Shown: positions 44,701-54,092 of the stretch, one piece after another
How positions within the stretch are numbered: position 1 is the stretch's first letter
How the letters are laid out: each line of letters starts with the position of its first letter
Virus record (IMG/VR): IMGVR_UViG_3300020577_002429
Span: 1-64,000 of that record
DNA length: 64,000 nucleotides
From: a virus
Taxonomy: Duplodnaviria > Caudoviricetes
Direction: 5' to 3' (one strand)
Translations under genes and position numbers: made by a program
The notes under the pieces: model-generated
The model's database searches: none
Seen by the model: the letters and a program-made list of their open reading frames with translations, nothing else
What the model was told of the DNA's origin: nothing

Positions 44701-45809
44701 CGGTCATTAGCTTGTAATATACCTTCACCAGATAATTCATTTGTATAAAGAGGTGTACCTGTATCTCGGATAACTTCAGGAGTACTATCTGTAATGGTAA
44801 CAATAGAAGAATACCCATCATACTGAGATTCATAGACAAGACGCATCTCATCACCAGAACCATTTACAGTAAATACATTAGTGCGGTAAATTTGATAGAA
44901 ATAATCAGTAGTAATACCTTGTGGAACAGCAAAGCTAACAACTACATCAGCATTTTGTCTAGTGTAATTTTGAATGAAAGCTCGCTCACTAGGTTTACCA
45001 AGTATTAAATTAGTGTTAACATCTTTAGTTCCCCACAATACGCGATAGGCAACCTCAACATCATCAGCACCAGTGATAGGACCGAAGAACCCCCCAGTAC
45101 CGCTGAACGATAGAGATAGATCGACACCTAAAGCTGTAATACCGCCAGCACTTCCAATTGAATACGGATTAAGTTGAGAAATCTTTTTAACACCAGTGTT
45201 TGTTGTAAAATATAAATTACTATTTAATTCAATATACTTAATTCGTAACTTAGATTTAACTTCATTGGTGATAAAATCATAAATAATTGTAGCTCTTGCT
45301 GATCCACCGATAACAACAGGAGATCCTGACAGAGAGTCTGCGATGGTGAATGTATCTTTATCTATAACTTGATAAACTACATAACTAGAAACTTCATTAA
45401 TTCCCGTGGGAAATGTAAAATATCCAGAACCTGAGTAATCTCTAGTCTTAGTAAAGAATACAGAATCACCAACTGATAAGCCGTGATCTACAATAGAAAT
45501 ATTAGTAGAAGCTGTAGTTGTGATGAAATTAGAAGTACCCTTCATAACGGTCATCGAAGCCGGATCTGCCGTATTTAAGTATCCAATAGAATTACCGTAA
45601 TGGCAAAGCACTCTATCTTTATAAGTAAGAAGCTGTTTAGAATATTCAGGAAGGTCAGTCAATATCTTCATACCACGTCTAGGTTCTAAGATATTATCTC
45701 TATCAATTACTACGTTACTAGCTATCGACTGATCACCATTAGCTTCGTTGTCAATATAATTAGGAAAGTTTTTTAAACCATTGGCTTTATTGATAGAAGA
45801 TGTTGCCAT
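41703..45809 (-). CDS. tail tubular B / packaged-DNA stabilisation protein with inserted repeat domains
   Basis: N-terminal NVVIDRDNILEPRRG, beta-propeller-like core (ILGLRDSLFIFKEEGLYRL), four HG[L/V/F] beta-barrel inserts. Confidence 0.75.
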   Translation of the reverse strand: MATSSINKANGLKNFPNYIDNEANGDQSIASNVVIDRDNILEPRRGMKILTDLPEYSKQLLTYKDRVLCHYGNSIGYLNTADPASMTVMKGTSNFITTTASTNISIVDHGLSVGDSVFFTKTRDYSGSGYFTFPTGINEVSSYVVYQVIDKDTFTIADSLSGSPVVIGGSARATIIYDFITNEVKSKLRIKYIELNSNLYFTTNTGVKKISQLNPYSIGSAGGITALGVDLSLSFSGTGGFFGPITGADDVEVAYRVLWGTKDVNTNLILGKPSERAFIQNYTRQNADVVVSFAVPQGITTDYFYQIYRTNVFTVNGSGDEMRLVYESQYDGYSSIVTITDSTPEVIRDTGTPLYTNELSGEGILQANDRPPVCEDICVYKDRAWFANTKTTQKLDLTFLGFDGFKAPIDAPAAVGNPAVITLPSGHGVQLGEYVALANTTSVDGQYVVTAVSPTSITINADSALFGLNYVLYRTYVTITKNTQTNRYFFVGKPEVTSLVAQPFASVVSSDYFNLTSIDDKIKYSFWFAKSAIDVAPTVPGRVLFKVDLYTVATVTADEVRSRIKDAVDLTGDFFTIEEVATGELTVTTITSGAVTDVASATQSGTSLVSIAKTQDGFGENISLGFAKLSSYFSPASAIEDTAKSLVKVINFTTSSPVYAYYLATSNSLPGQFYLEEKNFSATSFSILGTGFQSNVSFNPDIATAVNSTNNIGNNVLMFSKVQQPEAVPTTNSFRIGPQDKAILRILGLRDSLFIFKEEGLYRLTGENESNFNVAFFDNSGILLAPDSATILNNQIYFWGVQGVSTASETGVGVISRPIENTFNRASSENFTNYATASFGISYEADRAYILFIVDNESDETATIAYRYNSFTRTWTSFDKSGICGVVSSKNKLYLGVDDTPAIEVERKKLNSRDYVDRSFDRTISAFSQNRIYMDNVSGIEIGDSVTQEQYLSPDEYNDLVARLKTDPTLNFSSTFPKLTMLGGADLTDGMIDLVTELNIKDTTRISNVFSGTASNTITIASHGFEENDIVKFTSATPVALTSDSYYRVVNVTTNTFKLTNLLPNILTKTISTLGIGIFTGVSKTLQFNLVQDIDYTTSEVVFPEHGLVDGDVITYTNSATPVTAVPPTGLQNARPYKVINSTASRFQVIEVNIDLNVAENGTLQESYYFSGQTDNKIVQREFNDIVNSLNTSTSAFFSNYDLSVGMEELDLIVTEVNASQNYIKIAYNMPFSIGDVVHYQSIKSEIVWEYFTLGDPSMLKHVSEGTLMVEQNSLNKITLGYATDLSGNFENVTFTLDGDGNFGKAVFGETAFGGNGTSYPLRTLIPRMKQRCRHIKCRVFHDSAWMKYNILGISYKYEITSDRAYRR

Positions 45810-45811
45810 GA

Positions 45812-47134
45812 CTATCTCCTTCTATTATTAGAATATAGCGATCTTTTTATAGGCGTATGTCTTGGTACAACTTTTAAAGGAGCAGATTCTACTCGGTTAT
45901 CAATTAAACTACCAGTCTTAGCTTCCATATCAGCAAGCTTAGCTGCTGCTGCTTGTAATCCTGGAGCGTCACCTAATGACTCTAGACAACGCATAACAAC
46001 ACGCTGAGCCAGCATTGGGTGAAGTTCAATCGGGATTTGTGGAATAGATGTCTCTTCAGATAAAGAGATAGCATCGTCAATGTTTAATTTTTTTGGAATA
46101 GTAACAGATCCAGCTGATAAAACATTCTCAACAATAGAGAACGTAGCCGTTGTATCAAAGTTATCTCCAACAGAAATACCCACTCCACCGTTTTCAATAG
46201 TGAAATTATTAGCATCTACTTGTTGCATGATGAGTCTATTATCGGAAAAAGATGAATTAAATAACGGAACGAGTAAAACAATAACATCAGAGTTTGAAAC
46301 TGCTGTAGAAATATTTACTCGGTATAAATTAGCACCCGGAACAATCGGAGGAGTGTCAGATCCGGTTTTATCAAACCAAAATACATTCTTTTCATTAGAG
46401 CCTTGACTATTATCAACCACTTGGATATAAGAAGATCCTGTAATAAGCGAGAATAGAGGTAAGGTATACTGTTCTTTTTTAACAGTACCAAAAGTAAAAT
46501 TAAGATTTGTATCAGTAGCTAAACCTTCAGGAGAAGTTTCTTTAGCGATTAACTTAAAAGATGATTTAGAAGATGTAATATCAAATGATGATACATTCAA
46601 GAATTTTTCAGGATATTTATCTATAGCGACTAATCCATTATTACGATTAATTGATGTAACATAAGCAACATCATCTTCAGAGACGATGCTGTTAGGTCTA
46701 ATATAGTAAGAAACATTAAGTTTACCTACCGATAATGAAGAAGGAACAACAATCTCATCACCTTCAATATAGAAAGCTCTAAGATTAGATGTTTGAAAAT
46801 TACCCCACGTATCAGTAAGATCTTCTACAGAAATGCGAGTCATCTCATAAAGACTATTACCGTCATTATAGCAAATGTCTCTAAGCTTATTACCAATAGC
46901 CCGATTAGGAATTGTATATCGGTTTGATTCTGTCGATAAATCTATACTCTCGGTATATAAAAAGTAGTCCTCATGATACATAAGTATATGAGGAACAACA
47001 CCAAGATCCATCTCTTCATTAATAAATGAAAGAAAATCCTTCTCTTGGAAGGTACTTTGTGTCGATGGAATTGACGCTTTGAGACTAACTAAATCAATTA
47101 GCTTCTGAGTAGTGAGGCATTTGATATTAGCCAC
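45812..47134 (-). CDS. tail tubular A / head-tail adaptor-like protein
   Basis: FLSFINEEM...YTIPNRAIG; C-terminal IPIELHPMLAQRVVMRCL; upstream of the stabilisation gene. Confidence 0.7.
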   Translation of the reverse strand: MANIKCLTTQKLIDLVSLKASIPSTQSTFQEKDFLSFINEEMDLGVVPHILMYHEDYFLYTESIDLSTESNRYTIPNRAIGNKLRDICYNDGNSLYEMTRISVEDLTDTWGNFQTSNLRAFYIEGDEIVVPSSLSVGKLNVSYYIRPNSIVSEDDVAYVTSINRNNGLVAIDKYPEKFLNVSSFDITSSKSSFKLIAKETSPEGLATDTNLNFTFGTVKKEQYTLPLFSLITGSSYIQVVDNSQGSNEKNVFWFDKTGSDTPPIVPGANLYRVNISTAVSNSDVIVLLVPLFNSSFSDNRLIMQQVDANNFTIENGGVGISVGDNFDTTATFSIVENVLSAGSVTIPKKLNIDDAISLSEETSIPQIPIELHPMLAQRVVMRCLESLGDAPGLQAAAAKLADMEAKTGSLIDNRVESAPLKVVPRHTPIKRSLYSNNRRR

Positions 47135-47136
47135 AA

Positions 47137-47478
47137 TTACCCCTTAGCTAATTCTAATTTTTTCTCATTTAATTTAGCAATTAATTTATCAATATCTTCA
47201 GGAGTTTCACAAGAGTCAACAACTTCCATCATTTCATCTTCTGGAGATTCATCTTCCATCTCAGGCATTTCTTCAACAACATCTTTAGCCTTCTCTAAAC
47301 CGGCTTCTAGACCTTCTTGATCTGGAGCAGCAACAGTAACCTTTTTCATAGATTTCATGTCGTCAGCCATCATATCACCAGCCATTTTACGCATACCTTT
47401 TACGGCAGCTAATTTAGCTTCTTTTTCGATAGGATCAATCTTCTTTTTAGCTCCTAATAACTCTTTCAAATCTTTCAT
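47137..47478 (-). CDS. acidic hypothetical virion-region protein
   Basis: 113 aa, late motif upstream. Confidence 0.7.
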   Translation of the reverse strand: MKDLKELLGAKKKIDPIEKEAKLAAVKGMRKMAGDMMADDMKSMKKVTVAAPDQEGLEAGLEKAKDVVEEMPEMEDESPEDEMMEVVDSCETPEDIDKLIAKLNEKKLELAKG

Positions 47479-47497
47479 AGAATAACTCCCTTATACT

Positions 47498-47508
47498 AAT
47501 ATATGTTA
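47498..47508 (-). promoter_or_regulatory. putative late promoter TAACATATATT
   Basis: 19 nt upstream of gene 47137-47478. Confidence 0.75.
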
Positions 47509-47736
47509 ATTTTTCTTGTAAATGTCGCCTTTATAAGCGTCCATAAGCATACGTTTAATCTTAGCAAAAGAACCAGCTTGGTCGTAAGCTTGGTCAACTG
47601 CTTGAGGTCTGGCTTCTGGAGATAGTTGATTAATTTTCATAGCCACTCCAGGATCTAAGTCTGTTGTAGGATCATACGAGGGAGCAAAGATGTCCTCAAC
47701 GCTAGAAATAGCCCTTTTTCTTCTTATATCATCCAT
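47506..47736 (-). CDS. hypothetical protein
   Basis: 76 aa. Confidence 0.6.
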   Translation of the reverse strand: MDDIRRKRAISSVEDIFAPSYDPTTDLDPGVAMKINQLSPEARPQAVDQAYDQAGSFAKIKRMLMDAYKGDIYKKN

Positions 47737-47954
47737 AAAGCACCTATCGCTGAAGATATAGCTAATGTCAATACTGCATATTTAGCTATTTTTTTATATA
47801 ATTTAAGATCTGCATCACTTTTTCTTAAAGCATCCAAATCTATAACATTGTCCATATTATCTAAATAAATACGTTTTTCAACAATAAGAGATCCGGTCTC
47901 CCGTATTTGCTGAATAGCCTGTTTTTTGTCTTTATGTGGTAACATGATAGCCAT
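47724..47954 (-). CDS. small protein with C-terminal TM helix
   Basis: ...KIAKYAVLTLAISSAIGALWMI. Confidence 0.6.
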   Translation of the reverse strand: MAIMLPHKDKKQAIQQIRETGSLIVEKRIYLDNMDNVIDLDALRKSDADLKLYKKIAKYAVLTLAISSAIGALWMI

Positions 47955-48252
47955 TATTTAATCACTTTCAAACGAGCCTCAGCTCTTAGTTGCTTAATTT
48001 CATCTGGACAAGGCGTACCTAGCTCCAATTCTTTAATAATCAAATAGTCAGTATCTTTTAAGTAAGCAAGAGCTTCCTCTGATTGTTTTTTTGCAAGCAA
48101 CTCACTAGTAAGATCTTTTATATCAGTAGTAAACTCTTCACCAAAAGATCCGTTAGCTGATTCACTATCAACCCAAGAAAGAGCCTCTTCCATATCAGAA
48201 AAAATGCCCTCATTAGTTACTTCACTATTTCTAATTATTCTAACTCTAATCA
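47954..48252 (-). CDS. tail-fibre-associated small protein (XkdW/chaperone-like)
   Basis: Likely start MIRVRIIRN (approximate position); C-terminal ALAYLKDTDYLIIKELE...PDEIKQLRAEAR. Confidence 0.55.
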
Positions 48253-48254
48253 TA

Positions 48255-48836
48255 TTAAACCTTCTGTATAATAAGTGTATTACGAGTGGCAGCAGCAACT
48301 ATAGATTGATTAGAACCAGCTGCATGCGAAACCTGTATAGCAAATTGTTGACTTGCTGTAGCCGAAACTTGCAGCATAATTACTTGAGTTGTCTGGCTAG
48401 ATCCTCCAGTATTAAAAGATCTGATATTATGCGCTAATATTGTTACAGAGGTCGCATCAGTTATGTACACATTTCTATCACTAGCAGCAACAGTATCGCT
48501 GAATGTAATGGCTACAAATATATTATATAAACCAGCAGAAGGCGCTGTAAATATTCCAGTAGTAGCATTAAATACGTTAGACGTATCTGAAATCTCGGTC
48601 CAGTTAGTTATTGTTGTAGTTAAATTATTTGGAATTGTTTGACCGCTAGAATTTCTGGCTGAAACAGATACAGTAGCCGGTACACTACTAAGGGAAGACC
48701 AAGCACCATTTTCATATTTTTCAAATTGGGCATTAGCACTATTATAGATTAAATCTCCATCTTCAGGATCTGATGGACGAGCTGCCACTGGTGACAGTGA
48801 CAACCCCTTTCCAATTTTAGCATGATTCCTAGACAT
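48255..48836 (-). CDS. C1q-like domain tail protein
   Basis: VFNATTGIFTAPSAGLYNIFVAITF. Confidence 0.75.
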   Translation of the reverse strand: MSRNHAKIGKGLSLSPVAARPSDPEDGDLIYNSANAQFEKYENGAWSSLSSVPATVSVSARNSSGQTIPNNLTTTITNWTEISDTSNVFNATTGIFTAPSAGLYNIFVAITFSDTVAASDRNVYITDATSVTILAHNIRSFNTGGSSQTTQVIMLQVSATASQQFAIQVSHAAGSNQSIVAAATRNTLIIQKV

Positions 48837-48845
48837 TAATTATCC

Positions 48846-50450
48846 TTATACTGCAAATTTATTTTGCTGGTAAGTCATTGTCATAGTTCCAGATTCAGTG
48901 TTTGTATGTCTGATGTTAATATTAGCACCATTTACAACGGCTTCAAATACAACAGTACTATCTACTGTCTCAACAAAACTATCATTTAATGAAATATTTG
49001 TCCCATCAGTAGCTACTAACATTTTACCAACTCTAACCAAAGTACCTTTTGAAATACGATACTCAATAACACATCCATTAAAAGATGCAAATGCAAAAGT
49101 TAATCCGGTAACGACCTCATTAGTCACATTAGCACCTAATGAAGCATTGGCAGCTTGAACTAGTGTTGTATTATGTAACGGTTCTTTATTATCTAATTGA
49201 GTTTGAGCATTAGATGATAAACTATTGATATATTGTAATTCAGTATTAGTAACACTACCGTCTGCCAACTTTACAGCATCAATGCCAGTAGCAACTTTAG
49301 CATTACTGATAGAAGCGTCAACTACAATTGCAGTAATAGTATTTGCACCATCGTCATAAGTAAACTCAATAGTAGAAGTATTACTAAAAATATTACCAAC
49401 AGCATCTTGTGCGGCTTCAGTAAAGTCACTAACTTCGGCAGAGGTGATAGAATTAACCTTTAATCCAGCAGCAGACTTAGATAACGTAGTACCGTCTAAC
49501 TCTAAAGCTAATTGACCGGTAACAAACTGTAAACCTTCTCCATCGTGGTCAACTGAAACATTAGATCCTGAAACAGTAATACCATCACCGCCAACTAAAG
49601 AAGCTGATGAATTAAAGAATACAAAATTAATAGGATCGGTATCAAGTACAGCAACAACCCCTGATTGGACAAATACCTTTCCAGCATTTGCGGTACCCTC
49701 TTGAACTGCAACTAAAGAACCATTTACTTCATCAATTGGACTTAATGAATCGAAGTCAGTAGATCTAGTTGGAGTAGCTGAAACAACGTAAATACCATTA
49801 GCTTCTGCTGCTGTTTGATCTTTTACTAATACTCGGTCGCCATTAGCTAAAGTAACACCATCAACTACATCTCCAGCATTTAACGCGGTAGCAATTGTAA
49901 TGTTAGCAGTAGTAGCAACGCGAACAGCAGCTTTAGGTTTTAAGCCTTCAAGCGCCGCATCGAATTGGCCCTTATTTACTGCATCAGATGCAGCAGTACC
50001 AGCCGCTAGTGATGTGAGCTTAAATCCACCCATAGATTGAGCCGCAGTAAAAGCGACACTACCATCCTTCTTAATAACAGCACTATCTAACGCTCTAGTG
50101 TCAACATCGGACTGGAGTTCATTTAATGCCGACTGAACGTCTGTTGCGGCTAAGTTGCCAGCTGGCACATTCGATATAGCAGATGCGGCGTGGGCATTTG
50201 ACACGTCATTTACGTGAGCATCTAATGCTGCTTGATCCGTTACTTTTCTAAAGTCAGTATTACTACCTGAAGTATTTTTAATATACACTTCACCGTTTGA
50301 TCTAACATAAATACTACCAGCTACAGCGTCTACTGCCGTAACCGTGGGATCAGCTGAATTGCCGGTAATAATTTGAACATCTGATTCTTGAAAACGTAAA
50401 ATCTTCTTTAAAAGTTTTACTGCTCCAAGATTAAAAATTGTACTAGCCAC
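48846..50450 (-). CDS. tail fibre / virion structural protein
   Basis: DAVNKGQ, LANGDRVLVKDQTAAEANGIYVV, AGDGI-type repeats. Confidence 0.75.
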   Translation of the reverse strand: MASTIFNLGAVKLLKKILRFQESDVQIITGNSADPTVTAVDAVAGSIYVRSNGEVYIKNTSGSNTDFRKVTDQAALDAHVNDVSNAHAASAISNVPAGNLAATDVQSALNELQSDVDTRALDSAVIKKDGSVAFTAAQSMGGFKLTSLAAGTAASDAVNKGQFDAALEGLKPKAAVRVATTANITIATALNAGDVVDGVTLANGDRVLVKDQTAAEANGIYVVSATPTRSTDFDSLSPIDEVNGSLVAVQEGTANAGKVFVQSGVVAVLDTDPINFVFFNSSASLVGGDGITVSGSNVSVDHDGEGLQFVTGQLALELDGTTLSKSAAGLKVNSITSAEVSDFTEAAQDAVGNIFSNTSTIEFTYDDGANTITAIVVDASISNAKVATGIDAVKLADGSVTNTELQYINSLSSNAQTQLDNKEPLHNTTLVQAANASLGANVTNEVVTGLTFAFASFNGCVIEYRISKGTLVRVGKMLVATDGTNISLNDSFVETVDSTVVFEAVVNGANINIRHTNTESGTMTMTYQQNKFAV

Positions 50451-50465
50451 TTATGTCTCCCTTTG

Positions 50466-50975
50466 TTATTTTAATAAATTCAGGATAATATTTCCTGAAG
50501 TAATGTTGTTTTTTAATGATTTAATTGAAATTCTTGAGCCAGTTGGTACGTTTACCTCTACTTCACCACCACCCAAAGGTAATGCGCATAGCAGAGTTTC
50601 TGAAGCTGGAGCACCAACATACAACGCCATATACTCACCAATGTCGTCAATGGATTGAATCTTGACTGTGGTTTGAGTAGTTGACGCGACTAATTGTAGA
50701 TATGTAGAAGTTGTAATATTAGTTACGCTAGCGTCGATAAGAGATGTTACCGCATAAGTTGCTGGAGGAGTAACAACAAAAGATCCAGATACTGCAATTG
50801 GGGAAGTAAGCTTATTATCAATACTTTCTAATACTGTAATTTGATCATCTTGTTTTGCTTCAGTAGCACCGCCGACAGGAGGAGCGAATGTACCAGAAAC
50901 TCTCAATGTTTCCGTAGTACCATCAAATACTTTTCTAAATATATTGTCGCTACTTAAGTTTCTTGGATCTGACAT
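50466..50975 (-). CDS. virion-region hypothetical protein
   Basis: 169 aa beta-rich. Confidence 0.65.
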   Translation of the reverse strand: MSDPRNLSSDNIFRKVFDGTTETLRVSGTFAPPVGGATEAKQDDQITVLESIDNKLTSPIAVSGSFVVTPPATYAVTSLIDASVTNITTSTYLQLVASTTQTTVKIQSIDDIGEYMALYVGAPASETLLCALPLGGGEVEVNVPTGSRISIKSLKNNITSGNIILNLLK

Positions 50976-50983
50976 ACTACTCC

Positions 50984-51364
50984 TTAATTGTTAATATAAC
51001 CAACCCCTACAAACTTAACATTCCAACTAGTTGAACCGGCAAAGGTATACTCTACAAAAACACTGGCAGAGGGGAATAATTTAATTGCTGGAGTAGCAAA
51101 ATCTGGTGAAGTTGGAAAACTCCCTCCAGCATAAGTTGTACTGAGTCCATTGGGGTATGAAATTCTTATGTTAATATGATTAGCGTTATTAGCACCGCCA
51201 TCACGACTAGCTTGAATTAGTGATAAGTATATATCAATAACCTGCTCAGTACCTACTGTCACTATTAGCGTAGAGAAAGTTCCACCGCCGGTGGAGGCTG
51301 CACTAACTGTATTAAAAGAAGATATCATGATATCTTTAGTTGTTGACGCTGGATATTTAGTCAT
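50984..51364 (-). CDS. virion-region hypothetical protein
   Basis: 126 aa beta-rich. Confidence 0.65.
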   Translation of the reverse strand: MTKYPASTTKDIMISSFNTVSAASTGGGTFSTLIVTVGTEQVIDIYLSLIQASRDGGANNANHINIRISYPNGLSTTYAGGSFPTSPDFATPAIKLFPSASVFVEYTFAGSTSWNVKFVGVGYINN

Positions 51365-51373
51365 TTAAACCTC

Positions 51374-53116
51374 TTATAATTTTAAGTAATGAACCACAAG
51401 ACCGCAATCTTCTGGTAAAATTGTTGTACCATTTTGTAATTGAATAACATCACATTTCAAAATAGATTTTTTAGCAATAAATTGAGAAGACACATTAAGA
51501 ATAGGTGCCGTACAGCCTGTAACAGTGTCTCCTACTCCAATCCATTTACCATCACCAGCTGTGAAAGCTATAGAAGGATCTGTGGTAAATAAGTTAGTAA
51601 AAGATCCAGCACCGAAAGCTTTAGAATATAATCTAAATCTAGTAGCTCCGCCTTCACCAACTTTAATATTATATAAGAATACATTAGTGATAATCATGTC
51701 ATAAGGAATAACAGTATACCCATCAATTGCATCAATCGGAAATACATCAGTAGGATCGTAATACGAACCGTTAAGTTTAAATTCAATGGTTTCTTCTGAG
51801 AATTGTGGATTAACCCAAGATAATCTAGTACGCTGAGAAACACTATCTCTGTAGTAAATTACTGTTTGATTTTGTTTTAAGATATAATTAGCGCCGCTAT
51901 TTGTCGTAATACGATTAGTAGCAGTTACTCCAACATCTTCATTTACAATAGTAATATCAGTTGAAGAGGTATTGATAATCATACCAAAACTTCCAGCAGA
52001 TAAACCGGTAATTTCATTAATAGTAGGTTTTACTCCAGTGATGCGAGTTACTGCACCACCTGATAATGTCAGGACTGAATTAGTTGTGGCATCATTTACA
52101 GACGGTAAGTTAAGAAGATTTTGAATAGTCTTCTCACCTGTAATAGTTTGAGTAGTATTAGCAGTGATAATTTCTGACTCACTACCTAAAGCCCCAACTT
52201 TAAATTTAGAAGCAAGAGCATCTTGGTACGCAATGCTACCATCAACGCCGGTACGCTCAATAGTTAATCCAGCCAGCTCAGCAGACACATCTGAACCACC
52301 TTTATTTACTGTAACATTAGCATCGGTAACATCAAGAGTTTGTGAGTTGATTGTAGTAAATGTACCATTAATAGTAGCATTACCATTGATAGTAACATCA
52401 GCATTAATAGTTGTAGTACCTTCAACAGTAAGAGTATCGTTAATCAGGATGTCATTAGCATCTACATTCTCAAGGTTAGCATCCCAACGCAGAGATAAGC
52501 TACCAAGATCTTTACCATTGGTGTCAGGTAATAAGTTCTCACTAACGGCAGTAGGTGCGATAAGATTAGATAAATAACGATTAGCACCCGCGCCGCTGAT
52601 AAGCTCAACATAGCCAGTTGATGTATAATTCCAAATTGTATCAGTAGTTGTGTTGTAAACGATGTCACCGATAAAGCCAGTTGGCGGGGAAGCGGGAGCA
52701 AACGCAACATTAGGAAGACGAACGGCTTTACCTTCTAAAATGATTTCTTTTGTAGATGGAGCTGTTAATTTGATAGATCCAGAAGCAACTGATAACTCAG
52801 CATCTCCAGCATTATCAACATGAGTGAGTAAACTATCTACAATCTTATGTGTAGTAGCTTCTGAAAGTAATAATTTATTATCAGTAGTATTTGATAATGA
52901 TACTTCTTTATTAGTTAAGGACTGAGCAGCATTATCACCAACCAATGTAGTAGTTGCATCAGGTAACGTAACTGTTCTATTATCAGTTTGATTCGCTACA
53001 ATAGTTGTCTTTTTATTAGCAGTTGCTGTATCTGCTACTGTAATTTCTACAGACTTAGATTGGTCAGCACTATTTAATATTCTCAACCCTTTTAAGATCT
53101 TTTTAATATTTAACAT
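51374..53116 (-). CDS. tail fibre-like protein
   Basis: DLGSLSLRW, TINSQTLDVTDANVTVNKGG...AGLTIERTG, QTITGEKT motifs. Confidence 0.75.
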   Translation of the reverse strand: MLNIKKILKGLRILNSADQSKSVEITVADTATANKKTTIVANQTDNRTVTLPDATTTLVGDNAAQSLTNKEVSLSNTTDNKLLLSEATTHKIVDSLLTHVDNAGDAELSVASGSIKLTAPSTKEIILEGKAVRLPNVAFAPASPPTGFIGDIVYNTTTDTIWNYTSTGYVELISGAGANRYLSNLIAPTAVSENLLPDTNGKDLGSLSLRWDANLENVDANDILINDTLTVEGTTTINADVTINGNATINGTFTTINSQTLDVTDANVTVNKGGSDVSAELAGLTIERTGVDGSIAYQDALASKFKVGALGSESEIITANTTQTITGEKTIQNLLNLPSVNDATTNSVLTLSGGAVTRITGVKPTINEITGLSAGSFGMIINTSSTDITIVNEDVGVTATNRITTNSGANYILKQNQTVIYYRDSVSQRTRLSWVNPQFSEETIEFKLNGSYYDPTDVFPIDAIDGYTVIPYDMIITNVFLYNIKVGEGGATRFRLYSKAFGAGSFTNLFTTDPSIAFTAGDGKWIGVGDTVTGCTAPILNVSSQFIAKKSILKCDVIQLQNGTTILPEDCGLVVHYLKL

Positions 53117-53622
53117 TATTTAATTATATTGGTTGTTTTAAACCGAATATACCCTTCATAATTGCTATCAGGAGTTGGTGAATTGTTGTTAATAAGTGAT
53201 GAGTGATATTTAATTTGACCAGTATTATCTATGTCAAAATAGACAAATGTAGGTTCTCCGGTCAGGATGTCTCTTTCAATAGACCACTTATTCAATGGAT
53301 CTACTTCACTATAACTAACTCGTAATACACCTTGCTCAGCTACTGCTGTAGTATTCTGTGTTTTACGATAAATTCTATATGCAACTTCGGCTGATTTAGA
53401 TAGATTATTGTTAAATAGTAAACCGGCTACAGCTTTTGGAGTGGCAGAGTTAATACCGTTCTCAATGATGGATTGTGTCTCTGTAATTGTACCAAGACCT
53501 GCAATGCTTGATAGCACCGCGGTTACTTCTTTTATCCAACCTGTCACATCTTTAGCCCAGTTAGGACTTGTACCAGGATCGGGTATGTTAAATATCTTAT
53601 TATTGACCTTGCTATCACTCAT
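53116..53622 (-). CDS. virion structural protein
   Basis: FNIPDPGTSPNWA N-terminus; shares a domain with the C-terminus of 48846-50450. Confidence 0.65.
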   Translation of the reverse strand: MSDSKVNNKIFNIPDPGTSPNWAKDVTGWIKEVTAVLSSIAGLGTITETQSIIENGINSATPKAVAGLLFNNNLSKSAEVAYRIYRKTQNTTAVAEQGVLRVSYSEVDPLNKWSIERDILTGEPTFVYFDIDNTGQIKYHSSLINNNSPTPDSNYEGYIRFKTTNIIK

Positions 53623-53644
53623 GGACGATATTCTCCCCTATATT

Positions 53645-53655
53645 AATATATGTTA
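53645..53655 (-). promoter_or_regulatory. putative late promoter TAACATATATT
   Basis: 22 nt upstream of gene 53116-53622; shares 24 nt with the 40772 copy. Confidence 0.75.
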
Positions 53656-53681
53656 AAATGGGAGGCATTATTTGGGAGTTA

Positions 53682-54092
53682 TTAAGGATTAAACCACCTA
53701 GTGCCGCCGGATTTATAGCTACCGAAAGGGAGACATTGAAAGTGTACCCAGTTAGCATTTCCGGCTTCGCAGAATAACCCAGCTTTTTCTAATAACTCTG
53801 GATGTTCTTTTAGCCATTTGGTTAAAGATAGGTCAGGATCAGATACGTCTACTCCCGCACCAACTAGATGTTTAGACTTCATAGGTATTTTAGATTGATC
53901 AGTTATACCTTTAGCTTTATAGATTCGTAGATGGTCTGCCATTGTTCGATATCCGCTCGTGACAGTCATACTCTTACCCCAAGCAGTTCTAATGATATTG
54001 ACTGCATCTAGAAGCTTTGTGAGGTTATCCTGATGATCTTTTGGTAACGTATTGAAATCTGTGTTTTTTAATAGCTCTTTCATTGTAATCAC
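53682..54092 (-). CDS. peptidase M15 family endolysin
   Basis: TSGYRT, SKHLVGAGVD, WVHFQ zinc motifs. Confidence 0.88.
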   Translation of the reverse strand: MITMKELLKNTDFNTLPKDHQDNLTKLLDAVNIIRTAWGKSMTVTSGYRTMADHLRIYKAKGITDQSKIPMKSKHLVGAGVDVSDPDLSLTKWLKEHPELLEKAGLFCEAGNANWVHFQCLPFGSYKSGGTRWFNP

